The notes: generated by a model not told the origin, from the sequence alone. Numbered from the stretch's first letter, positions 10,389 to 25,164 are shown. The stretch: 64,000 bases of DNA from Octopus vulgaris (GCA_951406725.2 OX597823.1:55366001-55430000), one strand, 5' to 3'. Numbers and translations: made by a program.

Positions 10389-12190
10389 CACAACACAGAG
10401 GAAATCGAACGGAAAGATTGTTTAAAGTATTTTCTAAAAAACACGACAAAGATCAAGAAATAGACCCATGTTTTGCGTGTTGAGGTATACACCTAAGGAA
10501 AATTTGTCCATTTAAAAAAGCGGAGTACTTTCGTTGTGGAAATATAAGACATTTGAAGACGTACTGTATAACGAAGATGATAAAACGTCAGAACAAAGGA
10601 AAGAAAATAAATAGTATATTATCGGAAGAAATTGGTAATATAACGGCGAGGAAATTCATGAAGGTGAAAATCAGAAATACAAGTGTTAAAATGAAATTAG
10701 ACACTGGAAATGATATCACCATTAAAAACGAAACAACGTGGAAATATGTCGGTAAGCCGAAAATAATTAAATCGTAAAAGGTAACTCATGGTATTACAAG
10801 GAAAAGATTAATTTTTTTCGGTGAATTCGCATGCAATATAATATTTCGAGGTGAAACGAAAAAGGCAAAGATAAATGTATCAAAAGATTTACTTAATCTA
10901 TCTGGCACAGAGTGGATGGAACTATTCAGAGTACGGGATACACTCATAAGTGTTTTGTATGGAAATATAATCGGTTCAGTCGAAGATTCGAATGCGGTTG
11001 AGGGAGTGAAACAAAAACACCTGTATGTAAGCCAAAATGAAGTGAAAAATTGCCCATGGTAAAAAGTAAATATTGTTCAAAAGTAGATGTTCCGCGGTCG
11101 AGACTACACATCGATTTCGCTGGTCCTTTAAATAGTTCTTACTACTTAATGGTAGTTGATGTTTTCTCGAAATTTGTAAGTGTAAAAAACCAACCTCTTC
11201 AACTGAGATGAATTTTTTACACGAATTACTTGCGAGATTTGGCATTCCAGACAAGTTAGAGTCTGACAATGGGGTGCAATTTGTGTCTAGAGAATTTATT
11301 TTTAAATTTGTGAAACGTTCGCGGTAGAATATATAACTACGGCTCCATACCATCCCAGATCTAATGGACAGGCAGAATGCTTTGTCGAACCCTTCAAAAG
11401 AGCCCTTAGAAAATCGAATAAGGAAGCCACGGATGAGGTAGCTCCACAACATTTTTAAAAGTGTACCGTGTGACACCAAATCTGAATACACCAGCAGGCC
11501 GATCACCTGCGGAGCTGATGTTTGCGAGGAAAGCAAAAATCAGTCTTCAATAAATCGCTACCAGACAAGAGGAGAAACTCCTAGGGAAAACAGCAAGATA
11601 CTTTAAAACCGGTGAAAATATGTTTATGAGGGCATACAAGAATGAAAAGCAGAGTTGGGAAGATGGTGTAATTACCATATGCATAGATAAAATGATGTAT
11701 TGGATAAAAAGTAAGAAAGGTATACAAAAGAGACACAGGAACCAACAGAAAAAGAGATTCGTGGAAAACGAACCAAAACAGTTGGAAGAACTGATGGAAA
11801 GGTTATACGATACGTTCCAAGTACAAACGCTGCTGCAGGTGATTGAACCCAGGCGTACAAACGAGAGGAAAAAAAATAGATGCTAAGCGGAAAAAATATT
11901 AAATTGCACGAAAAAAAAAGGGAGGTGGGGTACATAAAAAAAATATTGCTAAATAAAATTACACTTTCTAAGGAAAATTTAAAAGGGCTAATGTTGTAGG
12001 GAATTAGTAATAATGGTACACCCTCCCACGTGACGAATGGAAGACCCTAATTACTATAAATAAAGATAAGTCGTGAAGAACCGGAGTATGTAGTCAGCGG
12101 TCAGAGATAGTCGTGTCTTTACTGGTTTTACTAAGTATACTGTATACCGACATGGGTGATATAACAATCCAAAATTTAAAGACTATAACA
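10387..12190 (+). mobile_element. Decayed Ty3/Gypsy LTR retrotransposon lacking RT/RNaseH
   Basis: Gag zinc-knuckle remnant CFAC*GIH..CPFK, protease MKLDTG, integrase RLHIDFAGP, RFGIPDKLESDNGVQF, APYHPRSNGQAE. Confidence 0.92.
11992..12190 (+). repeat. 3' LTR of the Gypsy element (199 bp)
   Basis: TGTTGTAG...CTATAACA termini, upstream purine tract aaaaggg, internal tataaataaa. Confidence 0.75.
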
Positions 12191-12503
12191 ATATATATAT
12201 ATTAGTAGAATAATAAAAAGAAAGTTCTTGATGCAGTATATATATTTCAAAAAAATGTGTAGAGGGCTTTTGGGGCGTCATCTCTACTCATTGTTTCAAA
12301 TATATACTTTATATATAAATAGATCACAATATATAGATTCATATAATCCGGTGGTACTCATAAAAATAAGTTCCTTAATGTATCATTGTACAAAACAGAA
12401 TATATTGTACGATACAAGAGAAAAACAAAAGTAGTGTCTAAATTCATAAATCATGAGGGAAATAAATTGTTATAAAATGTATTTTACCTCTGGATATTCT
12501 TAT

Positions 12504-12650
12504 TTAACGACGCATGTTTCGCAGCTTAATAAATAGACATGTATAAATAATATATTTTATAGTATTTTATAAGTAATAATTTACATATATGCATTAATAT
12601 AAATACAATTTTTTAATTAATGTAGATATTAAGCCAGATCTTCAGGTTAA
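12504..12650 (-). ncRNA. Type I hammerhead with very long stem II insertion
   Basis: Minus strand: UUAAC CUGAAGA ucuggcuuaau..(about 100 nt)..auuaagcugc GAAA caugc GUC GUUAA. Confidence 0.68.
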
Positions 12651-12745
12651 AAGAAATCTATGTTAAAAAATAATCCCTCCATATAACCTTTCAAGAATAC
12701 AAAGTCAATATTTACAAGAAAAGCTTTTTTAAACATGGATTTCTT

Positions 12746-12898
12746 TTAACCTGATGAGTTAGCTTAATATTTACATTAATTTAAAGGTTGTATATATACA
12801 CATTAATGTAGATATGTAAGTAGTTTATTACTTATAAAATATAATAAAATAAATTATATATATACATACTTTTTATTAAGCTGCGAAACGTTTGTTAA
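12746..12898 (+). ncRNA. Type I hammerhead with very long stem II insertion (stem III decayed)
   Basis: ttaac CTGATGA gttagcttaat...attaagctgc GAAA cgttt gttaa. Confidence 0.62.
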
Positions 12899-13261
12899 AT
12901 AACAATTTCCAAAGATGAAATGAATTTTATCCGATATTTCTTTCGTTATTTATAATTTTACACACACATGTAAATTTCAACTATATATATATATATGTTA
13001 TATGTATTATTCAATTACAGGATTTGTTAGAACCTAGGTACTTCGGCGTATATAACGGTGGGGAAAGTCAAGTACTGGGCTTCAAATACCCGGGAAGATA
13101 GCATGTTTTTTTGCCATGATGTAATCTAAGAATGCATTAATAAAATGCTGCCGAAACAGCCGTTGTGAATTTTGAATACGGCTTACGATTTTCTCTTCTA
13201 CATACATACATGCATACTTTCATATATATAGACAGACATACAGACATACACATACATATAC

Positions 13262-13304
<43 letters not shown>

Positions 13305-13312
13305 TTTGGTCC

Positions 13313-13343
<31 letters not shown>

Positions 13344-13583
13344 TGATATTCAATAAGACAATCAATACTTCATTTCATTTCACTATATATACTATTTATA
13401 CTATATATTCTATATTCCTTTGAATAATATATATCCCTCTATATACAATCATACAAACCCCTTTATACATATATATATTTTTAATAATTTTGTTACATAT
13501 TTAAATAATATAAATTAATCATATGTATTGGCTTAAGTTTTTCATTGTTTGATTTGCCTAATAGTGGTTTTGTCTCTAATTTA

Positions 13584-13630
<47 letters not shown>

Positions 13631-14183
13631 AGTTTTGATCCATACATGTAACTCCCAATAAATGAGTTGAGTGCCTTTCTTTCGTTTGTCTACTCATTTA
13701 CTCATTACTATATATATATATATCCTACATGTTTATTAATTTTAACTGTCGTATCTTCAAGTATGTTACCATTTTCTCGAACCTTCTACATATCACACCT
13801 CGGTCATTCTCGCACCATTCTCCCAACCTAGCCGGTTTTTTTTTACTCTTTTTCTTAGTAACCCGTCAGCTATTCTGAGTGTCTTTCGACAAATAAGAGC
13901 ACACATATACACACGCCCACACTGTAATGCACATAGAAACATGCACACAGACACACACTAAAACAGACTCAATATAAACTTGCGTACATACACAGGCACA
14001 CTCAGGCACTCATACACACACACACACACACACATACACACACGCATACGCACACATATTCACAAAGCAACAAACAAACATACAAACGTATCCACCGCCT
14101 TAATTCACTCACACTGATTTCTCTTTTGCTCATTAACCCTTCCTTCAACGTCTTACTGCTCGCTTCTCCCTTAATCAGTCAAC

Positions 14184-14224
<41 letters not shown>

Positions 14225-14282
14225 TACGTATCTATCTGGCCATTGATTTTTATGTGTGTGTGTATGAATGTATGTATCTATC

Positions 14283-14551
<269 letters not shown>

Positions 14552-14727
14552 AGATATGTATCATTTTCTCTCTCGCTTACAGTAGTACTAACCCTATACA
14601 GATTGATAGTTTTCACTCGCCTCCCATTTTCTCTAATCACATACATATACATGCATACACACACACACACACGTACATATTAGTAATTGCACCGCTTCTC
14701 TTTCCTATTATGTTACACATGCAAACA

Positions 14728-14775
<48 letters not shown>

Positions 14776-15057
14776 TCCTATATATAGAGAGATATATATT
14801 TCTCTTTCACTTTCACTATCACTATCTCTGACTCTCAACACCTCATACACAAACATTTTCATGGCCTTCCTTTTTCTCTAAGCTCTCTCTCTCTCTCTCT
14901 CTCTCCCTGTGTTACTCTCTCTCTCCTTCTGTCTGTCTGTCTGTCTATCTCTCTCTCACACACACACACACACATACAGTGTTATTCTAATCGTAGCTAT
15001 TCTCATCACGCACACACCTGTCATTCTTTCTCTCTCTCTCTCTGTCGCTCTCTCTCT

Positions 15058-15320
15058 CTCACTCACTTTGTCTCTCCTACTTGATCTCTTTTTCCTTCTC
15101 CTTCTCTCTCTTCCAAAACTCTCACTGATTCTTCCTCTCTCTCCCTCACTCACTTTGTCTCTCCTTCTTGAGCTCTTCTTCCTTCTCCTTCTCTCTCTTC
15201 CAAAACTCTCACTGATTCTTCCTCTCTCTCCCTCACTCACTTTGTCTCTCCTTCTTGATCTCTTTTTCCTTCTCCTTCTCTCTCTTCCAAAACTCTCACT
15301 GACTCTTCCTCTCTCGCTCC
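15058..15320. repeat. 87-bp CT-rich minisatellite, 3 copies
   Basis: actcactttgtctctcc at 15061, 15148 and 15235. Confidence 0.9.
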
Positions 15321-15799
15321 CTCTCCCTCTCTGTGTCTGCTTTTTCCTCCTCACTGCCAAAACCATCCATGTCTTTCCCTCTCCCACGCAACACCTTTCC
15401 ATCGCAGCCACACTTAAAATCTGTCTGCCAGCTTACTTGCCTGTCAGTCGGTCTGTCTGTCAGTCTATCTAACTCTTTGAGTCACTGTAGCATCGTCACT
15501 CTCCTCACTCTCCTCGCTCTCCTTGCTCTCCTCCCTCTGTCTGCTTCTTACACTTTTAGTATCCCTCTTTCCATCTGTCCCTCTTTTTCTCTTTCTCTCT
15601 CTCTGTCTCTATCTAAACCTCTGTCAACTGAAAACAAATCGCTGATAATTCCACCTATTTCCACCTTCACTCTCCCTGACAAACTTTCTTTCATTCACAC
15701 ACACACACACACACACAAGCACGTACACAAAAAGGTAAACGCAAACACTATCCCTCTTCCTCTCTTTACCCTTCTCCATCACAAATATATCTGCTTTGC

Positions 15800-15832
<33 letters not shown>

Positions 15833-15883
15833 TGTGCGTGAGATTTCTTTTTCTCTGATAATCTGTCTTTTGCAAACACGCAC

Positions 15884-15884
<1 letters not shown>

Positions 15885-15954
<70 letters not shown>

Positions 15955-15963
15955 GTCTATCTA

Positions 15964-15994
<31 letters not shown>

Positions 15995-16190
15995 GACTGT
16001 CTGCCTGTCTGTCTGTCTGTTTGTCTGTCTGTCTACATCCTCTCTCTCTCTCTTTCGTTTTCTCTCTCTCTCTCTATCAATTTGTCTGTTTATCTATCAA
16101 CCTCCATCTCTCTCTCGCTTTATCTCTCTCTTTTGTTTTCTCTGTCTCCCTTGTTCTCTCTCACTCCCTCTCTCTGTCACTCTCTCTCTC

Positions 16191-16232
<42 letters not shown>

Positions 16233-16379
16233 GTGTGTCTGTCTATCTGTCTGCCTTCATCTCTCTCCCTCTCTCTCTCTCTTTCGTTTTCTATCTATCT
16301 ATCTATCTGTGTCTGTCTATCTGTCTGCCTTCATCTCTCTCTTTCTTTCTCTCTCTCTCTCTCTCTCTCTCTTTCGTTT

Positions 16380-16445
<66 letters not shown>

Positions 16446-16664
16446 CATCAATCACTGTGTCTATATCTCTAACAGTATCCCTGTATCTGCTTGTCTTCTT
16501 GATGTCTATCTTGCTGTCTAGCTGTTTATCTGTTTATTTCTTCGCTTGTCTGTCCGTCTGTCCATCTATCTGTCTGCCTACCTACTTCACAATCGATCGC
16601 TAATCATATCTATTTATCTACAGATATATTGATAGCTAGACAGATGGAAAGAATGATACAAAGG

Positions 16665-16743
<79 letters not shown>

Positions 16744-17000
16744 GTGTCACCTCACCTTTCTTTAATTTCCCCCTCCTCCTGTACCTCACACGCATATCTC
16801 CTACGTTTCTTATCCTTTTCTATCTCTAATTGCCGAATTCACCCTTACGTTCTTTTTTGTTTGTTTTTTTATTGTTTTATTTGGGTTTTTTTTTACTCAT
16901 TCTCTCTGTATTCTTCTCGCTTCATCCTTCGTTCAAGGTGGTCACCACTAAGGATATCAGAAACCACAAGCACAGCCAATACCATCATAACCACCACCAT

Positions 17001-17072
<72 letters not shown>

Positions 17073-17471
17073 AACTACTGGAGAAGCTGCTGCTGCTGCT
17101 GCTGCGGTTTTGAAATATCAGCTGACTCGTCAGAGCCGTCATAATGGCAGTGAGGTGTATGCGATAGTCTCTCTATCTCTCTCTCTCTCTCGGTCTCTCT
17201 CTCGTTCTCTCTTTTCTCTCTCTCTCTTTCTCTCTTCTCTCTCTCTCTGTCTCTGTCTTTCTTTTCCCTCTCTCTCTCTCGGTCTCTCTCTCTTTCTCTC
17301 ATTTCTCCCTCTCTCTGTCTCTGTCTTTCTTTTCCCTCCTCTCTCTCTCTCTCTCTCGGTCTCTCTCTCTTTCTCTCATTTCTCTCACTCTCTTTCTCTC
17401 TTCTCTCTCTTTCTCTCTTTTTCCTCTCTCTTTCTCTCTTTTTTCTCTCTCTCTCTCTGTCTCTGTCTTTC

Positions 17472-17502
<31 letters not shown>

Positions 17503-17530
17503 TTCTTCTTCTTCTTCATCATCTTCTTTC
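15885..17530. repeat. Low-complexity block: (TCTA)n, (TCTG)n, (GATA)n, (ACT)n, (CT)n
   Basis: Direct inspection. Confidence 0.93.
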
Positions 17531-18143
17531 TATTTCTTTCCTTCCCTCTGAAACTGTCGTATTTGTATTCAACCACTATCGTGATTTCGTATCCTGCTAC
17601 TGTCTCTGTCATTTTGCCTTGTGACTTCTTGTACCTGACGACGACAACATCACCACCACCGCCATCACAACCACCACCGTCACCAACGCCATCAACCCCA
17701 CAACAGCAACGCCCACGACAACAACTACAACAACTACAACAACTTCAAAAGTCTGGCAACCAGCCAACGAGGAACAGCCTGTATATTCTAGAATAGAAAT
17801 AACAGAAAAATCTCTCCCAAATCACAGGTTAGATAATGTATGCCTGCAAAAGAAAATGAAGGACAGCCTAGACTGCAGTAACAACAACAACAACAACAAC
17901 AACAAAATTGCTCACATTAAGAATGGCGTATGTCTAATCATCATCATCATCATCATCATCAACAACAACAATAAGAACAGGAATTGTGTGACAACCTATG
18001 TTAAATTCCATTTGGAGCCAGAAAGCAGGACTAAGGTATACGAAGGTATGACACGGAAAACTTTGGCTACGGCCACCTTGGTTATAATGTTTAGAAGAGT
18101 TTATGCTGGCTGTGGACGAATAAAGTTTAAATTTTTTTACATA

Positions 18144-18313
18144 GGCGCTGGAGTGGCTGTGTGGTAAGTTCCTTGCTTACCAACCACATGGTTCCCGGTT
18201 CAGTCTCACTACGTGGCACCGTGGGCAAATCTCTTCTACTATAGCCTCAGGCCGACTAAAGCCTTGTGAGTGGATTTGGTAGACGGAAACTGAAAGAAGC
18301 CCGTCGTATATAC

Positions 18314-18355
<42 letters not shown>

Positions 18356-18586
18356 GTGTGTGTGTTTGTGTGTGTTTGTGTGTGTGTGTTTGTCCCCCCA
18401 ACATCGCTTGACAACCGATGCTGGTGTGTTTACGTCCCCGTAACTTAGCGGTTCGGCAAAAGAGACCGGTAGAATAAGTACTAGGCTTACAAAGAATAAG
18501 TCATGGGGTCGATTTCCTCGATTAAAGGCGGTACTCCAGCATGGCCGCAGTCAAATGACTGAAACAAGTAAAAGAGTAAAAGAGTA
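18144..18586 (+). mobile_element. SINE family A, full length (tRNA head, CORE-like box, internal microsatellite, CR1-like tail)
   Basis: ggagtggctgtgtggtaag A-box, ggttcagtctc B-box, gaagcccgtcg(TA)n(TG)n, tail ccagcatggccgcagtcaaatgactgaaacaagtaaaagag. Confidence 0.95.
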
Positions 18587-18779
18587 TCCGCTACATGTTA
18601 CACTACAGAAGTGTAACTAGAACATGTTACAGCATACGACAATATGTCGGATGTGTGAGTGTTCAGCTTTTGCTGAACGACCTGCACAACTGATTTGTTT
18701 CATAGTGATCAAATTATTGTGCCGCACATTAGCTCACCCTCAGCATCAAAATTAATGTTGTCTGAACAGGTGCCACACG

Positions 18780-18911
18780 TCAGGTGTTGAAGTGATCGTA
18801 GAGCAAAATGAGATGAAGTGTTTTGCTCAAGAACACAAAGCACCACATAGTCTAGGAATTGAAATCACGATCTAGCGATCGTGGGTGCAACATCCTAATC
18901 ACTAGGCTATG

Positions 18912-18913
<2 letters not shown>
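18780..18913 (-). mobile_element. SINE family C (CORE-type) 5' fragment
   Basis: Reverse complement: tagcctagtgattagg..ttcaattcct..tgtgttcttgagcaaaacacttcat, matching 61244-61500. Confidence 0.75.
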
Positions 18914-18946
<33 letters not shown>

Positions 18947-19093
18947 CCTCTCTTTCTCTCTCCCTCACACACACACACAATATCGAACACATATACACAA
19001 GATGTTTTGCCAGTCCGTGGGCATGCTGCAATTTATAGGCATAAGAGAATATATTTTCATCAATTCGCCTGGTGTCAAAACATCTGGAAGTAC

Positions 19094-19612
<519 letters not shown>

Positions 19613-19620
19613 AACGAATA

Positions 19621-20045
19621 TATTCTTTTGTTAATTTATTTGTTTTAGTCATTTGACTGCGGCCACGCTGGAGCACCGCCTTTAGTCGAACAAATCGACT
19701 CCAGAATATATTCGTTATAAGCCTAGTACTTATTCTATCGGTTTCTTTTGCCGAACCGCTAGGTTTCGAGGACGTCAACGCACCAGAATCGGTTGTCAAG
19801 CGATGTTGGGGGAGGGGGATGACACAAACACAGACACACAAACATACACACACACATACGCACACACACAGATATATATATATATACGACGGGCTTCTTT
19901 CAGTTTCCATCTACCAAATCCACTCACAAGGCCTTGGTCGGCCGAGGCTATAGTAGAAGACACTTGCCCAAGGTGCCACGCAGTGGAACTGAACCCGGAA
20001 CCATGTGGTTGGTAAGCAAGCTACTTACCACACAGCCACTCCTGT
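19621..20045 (-). mobile_element. SINE family A copy, tail-to-tail with the preceding copy
   Basis: Reverse complement of the family A layout. Confidence 0.93.
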
Positions 20046-20339
20046 ACCGCTGTGTGTGTGTGTGTGCCTTTGCGGCGTCTGTGTTTTTCCCTGCTCCACT
20101 GCTTGACAACCGGTGGTGATATATTTACGTCTCAGCAACCGAAACGGTTCGGCAATTGTAACCGATAGAATAAGTACTAGGCCTTAGTAAAAAAGACACT
20201 GGGGCCGTTTCTAGTGATTAAAACTTATTCAAGCACGATTTGATAGCACGTATCATACTTTCGGTAAGTTTTTGAGATCTTTGCACAGTTACAATCACGC
20301 ATAAACACTATCTGTCCTCCTACTTTATACGACTCAGAG

Positions 20340-20530
20340 GAACTTCCAGGACGTGACAACTGTTCGGAGATGGTAACGTACCAGTCCTCGGCTGGTGCTA
20401 ATTTTAGTTGGTCAGACTGAAGTAACATAAAGTGAACTACCTTACTCAAGAACACAGTGTTTTACCCTGTTTAGGAATCGAACTCACAATCTTATGGCTG
20501 TGAACCAAATAGCTCAGCACTAAGCCACGT
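20340..20530 (-). mobile_element. SINE family C fragment
   Basis: Reverse complement: gtggcttagtg..gagttcgattcct..tgtgttcttgagtaagg. Confidence 0.65.
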
Positions 20531-20624
20531 ACGATATATTTATTTAATTTACTTATTGGAGCATTATTTTACTGAAAGTACTGTAGAACTTATAGGAAAT
20601 TACCTAAGCAATTGCAAATGTTTC

Positions 20625-21190
20625 GTTTTTGGATTTGCTTCGCAAGATTCTTTATATGAGTTCGTGTGTTGAAGCATATTCTGTTGTGTCTGGGGAGAGT
20701 CATTTTCTTTTTGTGCCTCATAATGTAACACACGCAACGAAATTTTTAGGAAAATAAGAATAAGAAATATGTGAAAATTTTACCGGTGAGTGTTTTACAT
20801 TATAAGGCACAAAAAGAAAATGACTCTCCCCAGACACAAAATAAATAGCAAATGTGTTTATGAAATAGGTGAACTGAATCTTAAATAAAGTCATAGAGAA
20901 AATATACCTGTATTTACAAAACTGAAAGCTGTCGTTGCATCGAGATGTTTCAGCGATGATTCCATCTTTTACCCAGTGTAGATAGAGGCAGTCAGCCACA
21001 GATAAATGAATATAAAACGGTGGAACATTTAAGATGAATAAAATAAGCGAGCTTATATAAAACCAGAGAATTTCAGACTTTATCAATTTGTGAAAACAAC
21101 CCCGCAGTTCTTCACTCGGAGAAAAATTCATTTGAATAACGTAAATTGTTTATAAACGACTTTTGAACCACATGAAGCCTAGCTTCAGTC
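20625..21190 (-). mobile_element. Penelope-like remnant with tail-to-tail inverted ends, family P4
   Basis: Inverted arms 20684-20730 / 20790-20839; minus ORF start NFSPSEELRGCFHK resembles the PLE C-terminal LNxRxExxxxCxHK; related to 40716-41055 and 42550-42777. Confidence 0.55.
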
Positions 21191-21350
21191 ATATAAAAAA
21201 ATGTGAACAATATAAGAACGAGTTGACATATACACAAATTTGAGTATTGTGTCTTGTAATACAATACACAACACACAAGTTTAGAAAGAATTTATCCAGT
21301 TATATACACATACATGTATCATACCTGTATATACATATATTTATACACAC

Positions 21351-21509
21351 AAGCATGGTTGTGTGGCAATAATTTTGCTTCTCAACGACATGGTTCCAGG
21401 TTCAGTTCCACTGCGTGGCACATTGACCAAATGTACTACTATGGTCTCGGGCCACCCAAAGCCTTTTGAGTGGATTTGATAGATGGAAACTGAAAGACGC
21501 CCGTCATAT

Positions 21510-21542
<33 letters not shown>

Positions 21543-21768
21543 CACATATTCATATTCATCTGTGTGTCTCATCTGTGTTTGTTCCCCCATCACCGCCTGA
21601 AACCAGTGTTGGTTTGTTTACGTCCCCGTAGCTTAGCGGTTCGACAGAATTAGAATTAGGTTTAAGAAATAAGTTTTGAGGCCGGTTTGGCCGACTAAAA
21701 CTCTTCAAGGCCGCACTCCAGTATGGCTGCAGTCAAATGACTGAAACGAACAAAAGAATTAAAAGAAC
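21351..21768 (+). mobile_element. SINE family A copy
   Basis: Head, internal (CA)/(TA) tract and gcagtcaaatgactgaaac tail. Confidence 0.9.
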
Positions 21769-22397
21769 ATATATCTATGCTAGTGCAAACACGCTATCTT
21801 TAAGATAGCCTGTTTTACATTGGTTTGATATCATATATTTCTATACAGTATATCCGTAAGTATACCTATGGCTTGCATGAAAGAAGAATGCTAATAACAC
21901 ATACAACATGAATGAAGCTTGGACATTAATAATGGGAACCGTAAAGCAGAACATTAGAACGAAAAACAATTACGCTGAAAGAACGAGAATTTATAAGGCA
22001 ATGAAAAATTATTACGTAATGCCAATAAATTTACACACGCACGCACATGTAGACACTTACATGCACACACATATGCATATATATATATGTATACCTATAT
22101 ACACTACGATGGCGTTTATAATACCGTTAGTAATCGTTACTAAACACAACATCATCGTAAATACCGTTATCTTATTTGCGTTCATGTATAGTGAAAAATT
22201 GACTCAATCTCATTCACTTTATTGCCACACTTTTGATGCAAACCAGACTAAAAAGTATATTATTTGCTTATATATAACATGCAGTTCTAAAACCATACAC
22301 TAATACATTAAAGAATGAAAGTCAAACGGAGCAAGCTGATATGTAGATATATTGTTGCAATGTAATCTTATTATTGCTCATATTAAAGCAATGGACC

Positions 22398-22429
<32 letters not shown>

Positions 22430-22640
22430 CCGCACAAGCTTTGTTTCCCAAACCTTCTCTCCCCACCTTCCCGAAAAAACATTGTTCATAACAAATTTAG
22501 TCATAATCAGAATTTACATAATCTAAATCGAATTCTTACAGTTTCATTAAAAAATATCCGTTTTTCTGGAAGTTAAGAGGAAACAGGGTCAGTGGTACAC
22601 GTTCGTGTATGTATGCCCATTGCTTCAACGACTATCTACT

Positions 22641-23238
22641 ATTATTATTTAAAAGATACATGTTTAATATGGACTAACAGTAATGCATGCGCAATAATAT
22701 ATAGTAATCGGCCGATGTTAGCTGCAGCATAGCTACACGTATGTGCCTCAACGAATTTCTTTCCTCATAACTTTCAGAAGAATAGATATATTTTAATGTA
22801 ATTTTCTACAAATACGCCTCGGATGGCGTAGATTCCAGTAGTAACCGAATTCGTTGTGGAAAATAAAATTCTGGGTGAGTGGGAAGTAGAGTTTCAGAAA
22901 CTTCACACGAATCGGATTTGCTTCTACATATCTTGTAGATGAAAAATTCCACAAATATCTTCCAGAGTGTGTACATTACAATTATATCGGAATGTAATTT
23001 GAAAATAAAAACTGGTGGGATTGCACACACTCATATTGACACACATCACATTTCTGGAAAAATTTATTTCACAGCAAGTTCATCTGAACTGCAGTTTTTC
23101 TGAAAGTCGTGAGGAAAAAAGATTTGTTGGGACACACATATATTTAAGTATGCTGCAGCTAACTTCAGCCGGCGACAGTATACCATTGTATATGCGTTAC
23201 CAGAGTCCATACTAAACGTATTTTTTAAAAATAGTAAT
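22641..23238. mobile_element. Fold-back element/MITE with about 150-bp diverged inverted arms
   Basis: gttagctgcagcata / tatgctgcagctaac; ttcctcataactttcagaa / ttctgaaagtcgtgaggaa; atggact / agtccat. Confidence 0.8.
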
Positions 23239-23288
23239 CGTGTGTATGTGTGTGCGCACTCACACAGACACACATATTCACTTTTAAA

Positions 23289-23400
23289 AGAAGGCTGAAA
23301 GTGACTTCGAAGTTTCGGCATACTTAATCGTCATCAGCCAACCCTTTTGACGGATCATGAAACCCGTGAACCGAAACTTTGAAGTCCCTGTCAACCTTCT
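23289..23400. mobile_element. Small MITE-like element with 30-bp TIRs
   Basis: agaaggctgaaagtgacttcgaagtttcgg / ccgaaactttgaagtccctgtcaaccttct. Confidence 0.7.
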
Positions 23401-23621
23401 CTGTCTGCAAATTAATCGATTTGTACTCTAATGAAAAGTAATGGGTCTTGCTTCATCAAAAAGAAATCTCAAAAACGATCTAATAATACCGAAGAAGTAT
23501 TTCGATTCTTTTACATAACACAGGCACCGGTTTACGTAATAACGACAGTCGGCTACAAAACACGTTTGTAAAGCTTTAAAATACTGTTTGGTTTTCTGTG
23601 TTAACTGTTATTCGTACGGAG

Positions 23622-24055
23622 AAGGCAACGAGCTGGCAGAATCGTTAGCATGTCGGGCAAAATGATTAGTGGCATTTCATATCCGTCTTTACTTTCTGAG
23701 TTCAAATTCCACCGAGGTCGACTTTGTATTTCATCCTTCTGAGGTCGATAAGTTAAGTACCAGTCAAGTACTGGAGTCGACGTGATCAATTTACCCCCTC
23801 CACCGATCTTGCAAGCTTTGTGCCAAAATTTGAAATCATTTAAGTCGGTGAGCTGGGTGAATCGTTAGCACGCCGGGCAAAATGCTTCGCGGCATTTCGT
23901 CCGTCTTTACGTTCTAAATTCAAGTTCTGCCGAGGTCGACTTTACCTTTCATCCCTTCGGGGTCGATAAAATAGGTATAAGTTGAACACTGGAGTCAATG
24001 TAATAGACTCAGCCCCTTCTCAAAATCGCTGCCCTTGTGGGAAATTTTGAAACCA
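23622..24055 (+). mobile_element. Two tandem SINE family B copies
   Basis: gagctggcagaatcgttagc..gaggtcgactttg twice (about 23622 and 23843), each ending ttgtg..aaatttgaaa. Confidence 0.88.
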
Positions 24056-24157
24056 TTATTATTATTATGACCCTCCCAAAACACAACAGGATGTTTCAAT
24101 ACACGAATTCACATCGAGAACCTTGCAAACCAAATATAAAAGAGAAGTACACGCACA

Positions 24158-24207
<50 letters not shown>

Positions 24208-24309
24208 TATATATATATATATATATTAGTTACCGTCCAATCTTTTGACGTCCTTCTGCTCAATTTTTTCATATATATATTATGTGTTTTATATATATAT
24301 ATGTATGTA

Positions 24310-24351
<42 letters not shown>

Positions 24352-24804
24352 TGGTGGGGTATTTCTATTGAGATTGTATGTGTGACGTATTTTGGTAGTT
24401 TATAAATAATTTCGATAATTTCGTATAGATAAGCTGGAACCAAATTAGAAGAACTTGAAGAACTAGAAGATAAATTTCAATTGAAAATTTGGTGATAAAT
24501 TTAGCATTATAAATTAGCATTAAAAATTTATGATTAAGAATTAAATAATCAACAATAAACAAATTATATACCCATAAATTTTTGGAATAGAAAAAAATAT
24601 ATGAAAGAAAGAAAGGGATTTAAAACAATTTTGATGAATAGAGTTAGTGTATGATAGAATTGATCGATGGAGCAAGCAGGGAACTGATTTTAAAATAAAT
24701 GAGCGAATTATTTTATGAATGCAAAAGTAATTTTATTAATGCTTTAGTGGTTTTCAGAGCTATTTCCTAAATAGAAGATGTTTGCAAATGAATGTTTGTC
24801 AAAG

Positions 24805-24975
24805 GCGCAGTCATAGCTCTGTGGTTAAGGGGCCTATTTTACAAACATGTGGTTTCGGATTCAGCCCCATTGTGGTGCACCTTGCGCATGTGCCTTCAAG
24901 TATATAGCCCCAGGATGACGAATTCCTCCTGAGTGAATTTATTTAGTAGACAGAAACTGAATGGAAGCCCATTGT
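24805..24975 (+). mobile_element. SINE family A 5' half
   Basis: Degenerate head up to agtagacagaaactgaatggaagccc followed by a microsatellite. Confidence 0.75.
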
Positions 24976-25017
24976 GTATATACATACAGACATATATATG
25001 TATGTATGTATGTATAT

Positions 25018-25075
<58 letters not shown>

Positions 25076-25164
25076 TCGTATATACATATATACATATATA
25101 TATATATATATGCACTCACACTTATACACATACATTTATAGACGTATAAGGTATAAGTATTTCA

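Larger units (their letters stand above)
12439..12960. mobile_element. Diverged fold-back pair of Penelope-like terminal repeats, family P3
   Basis: Arms about 12439-12670 and 12725-12960 are imperfect reverse complements, each with a hammerhead core. Confidence 0.78.

Noticed and set aside
18144-18220. tRNA gene
   Set aside because: A/B boxes belong to SINE heads; no complete cloverleaf
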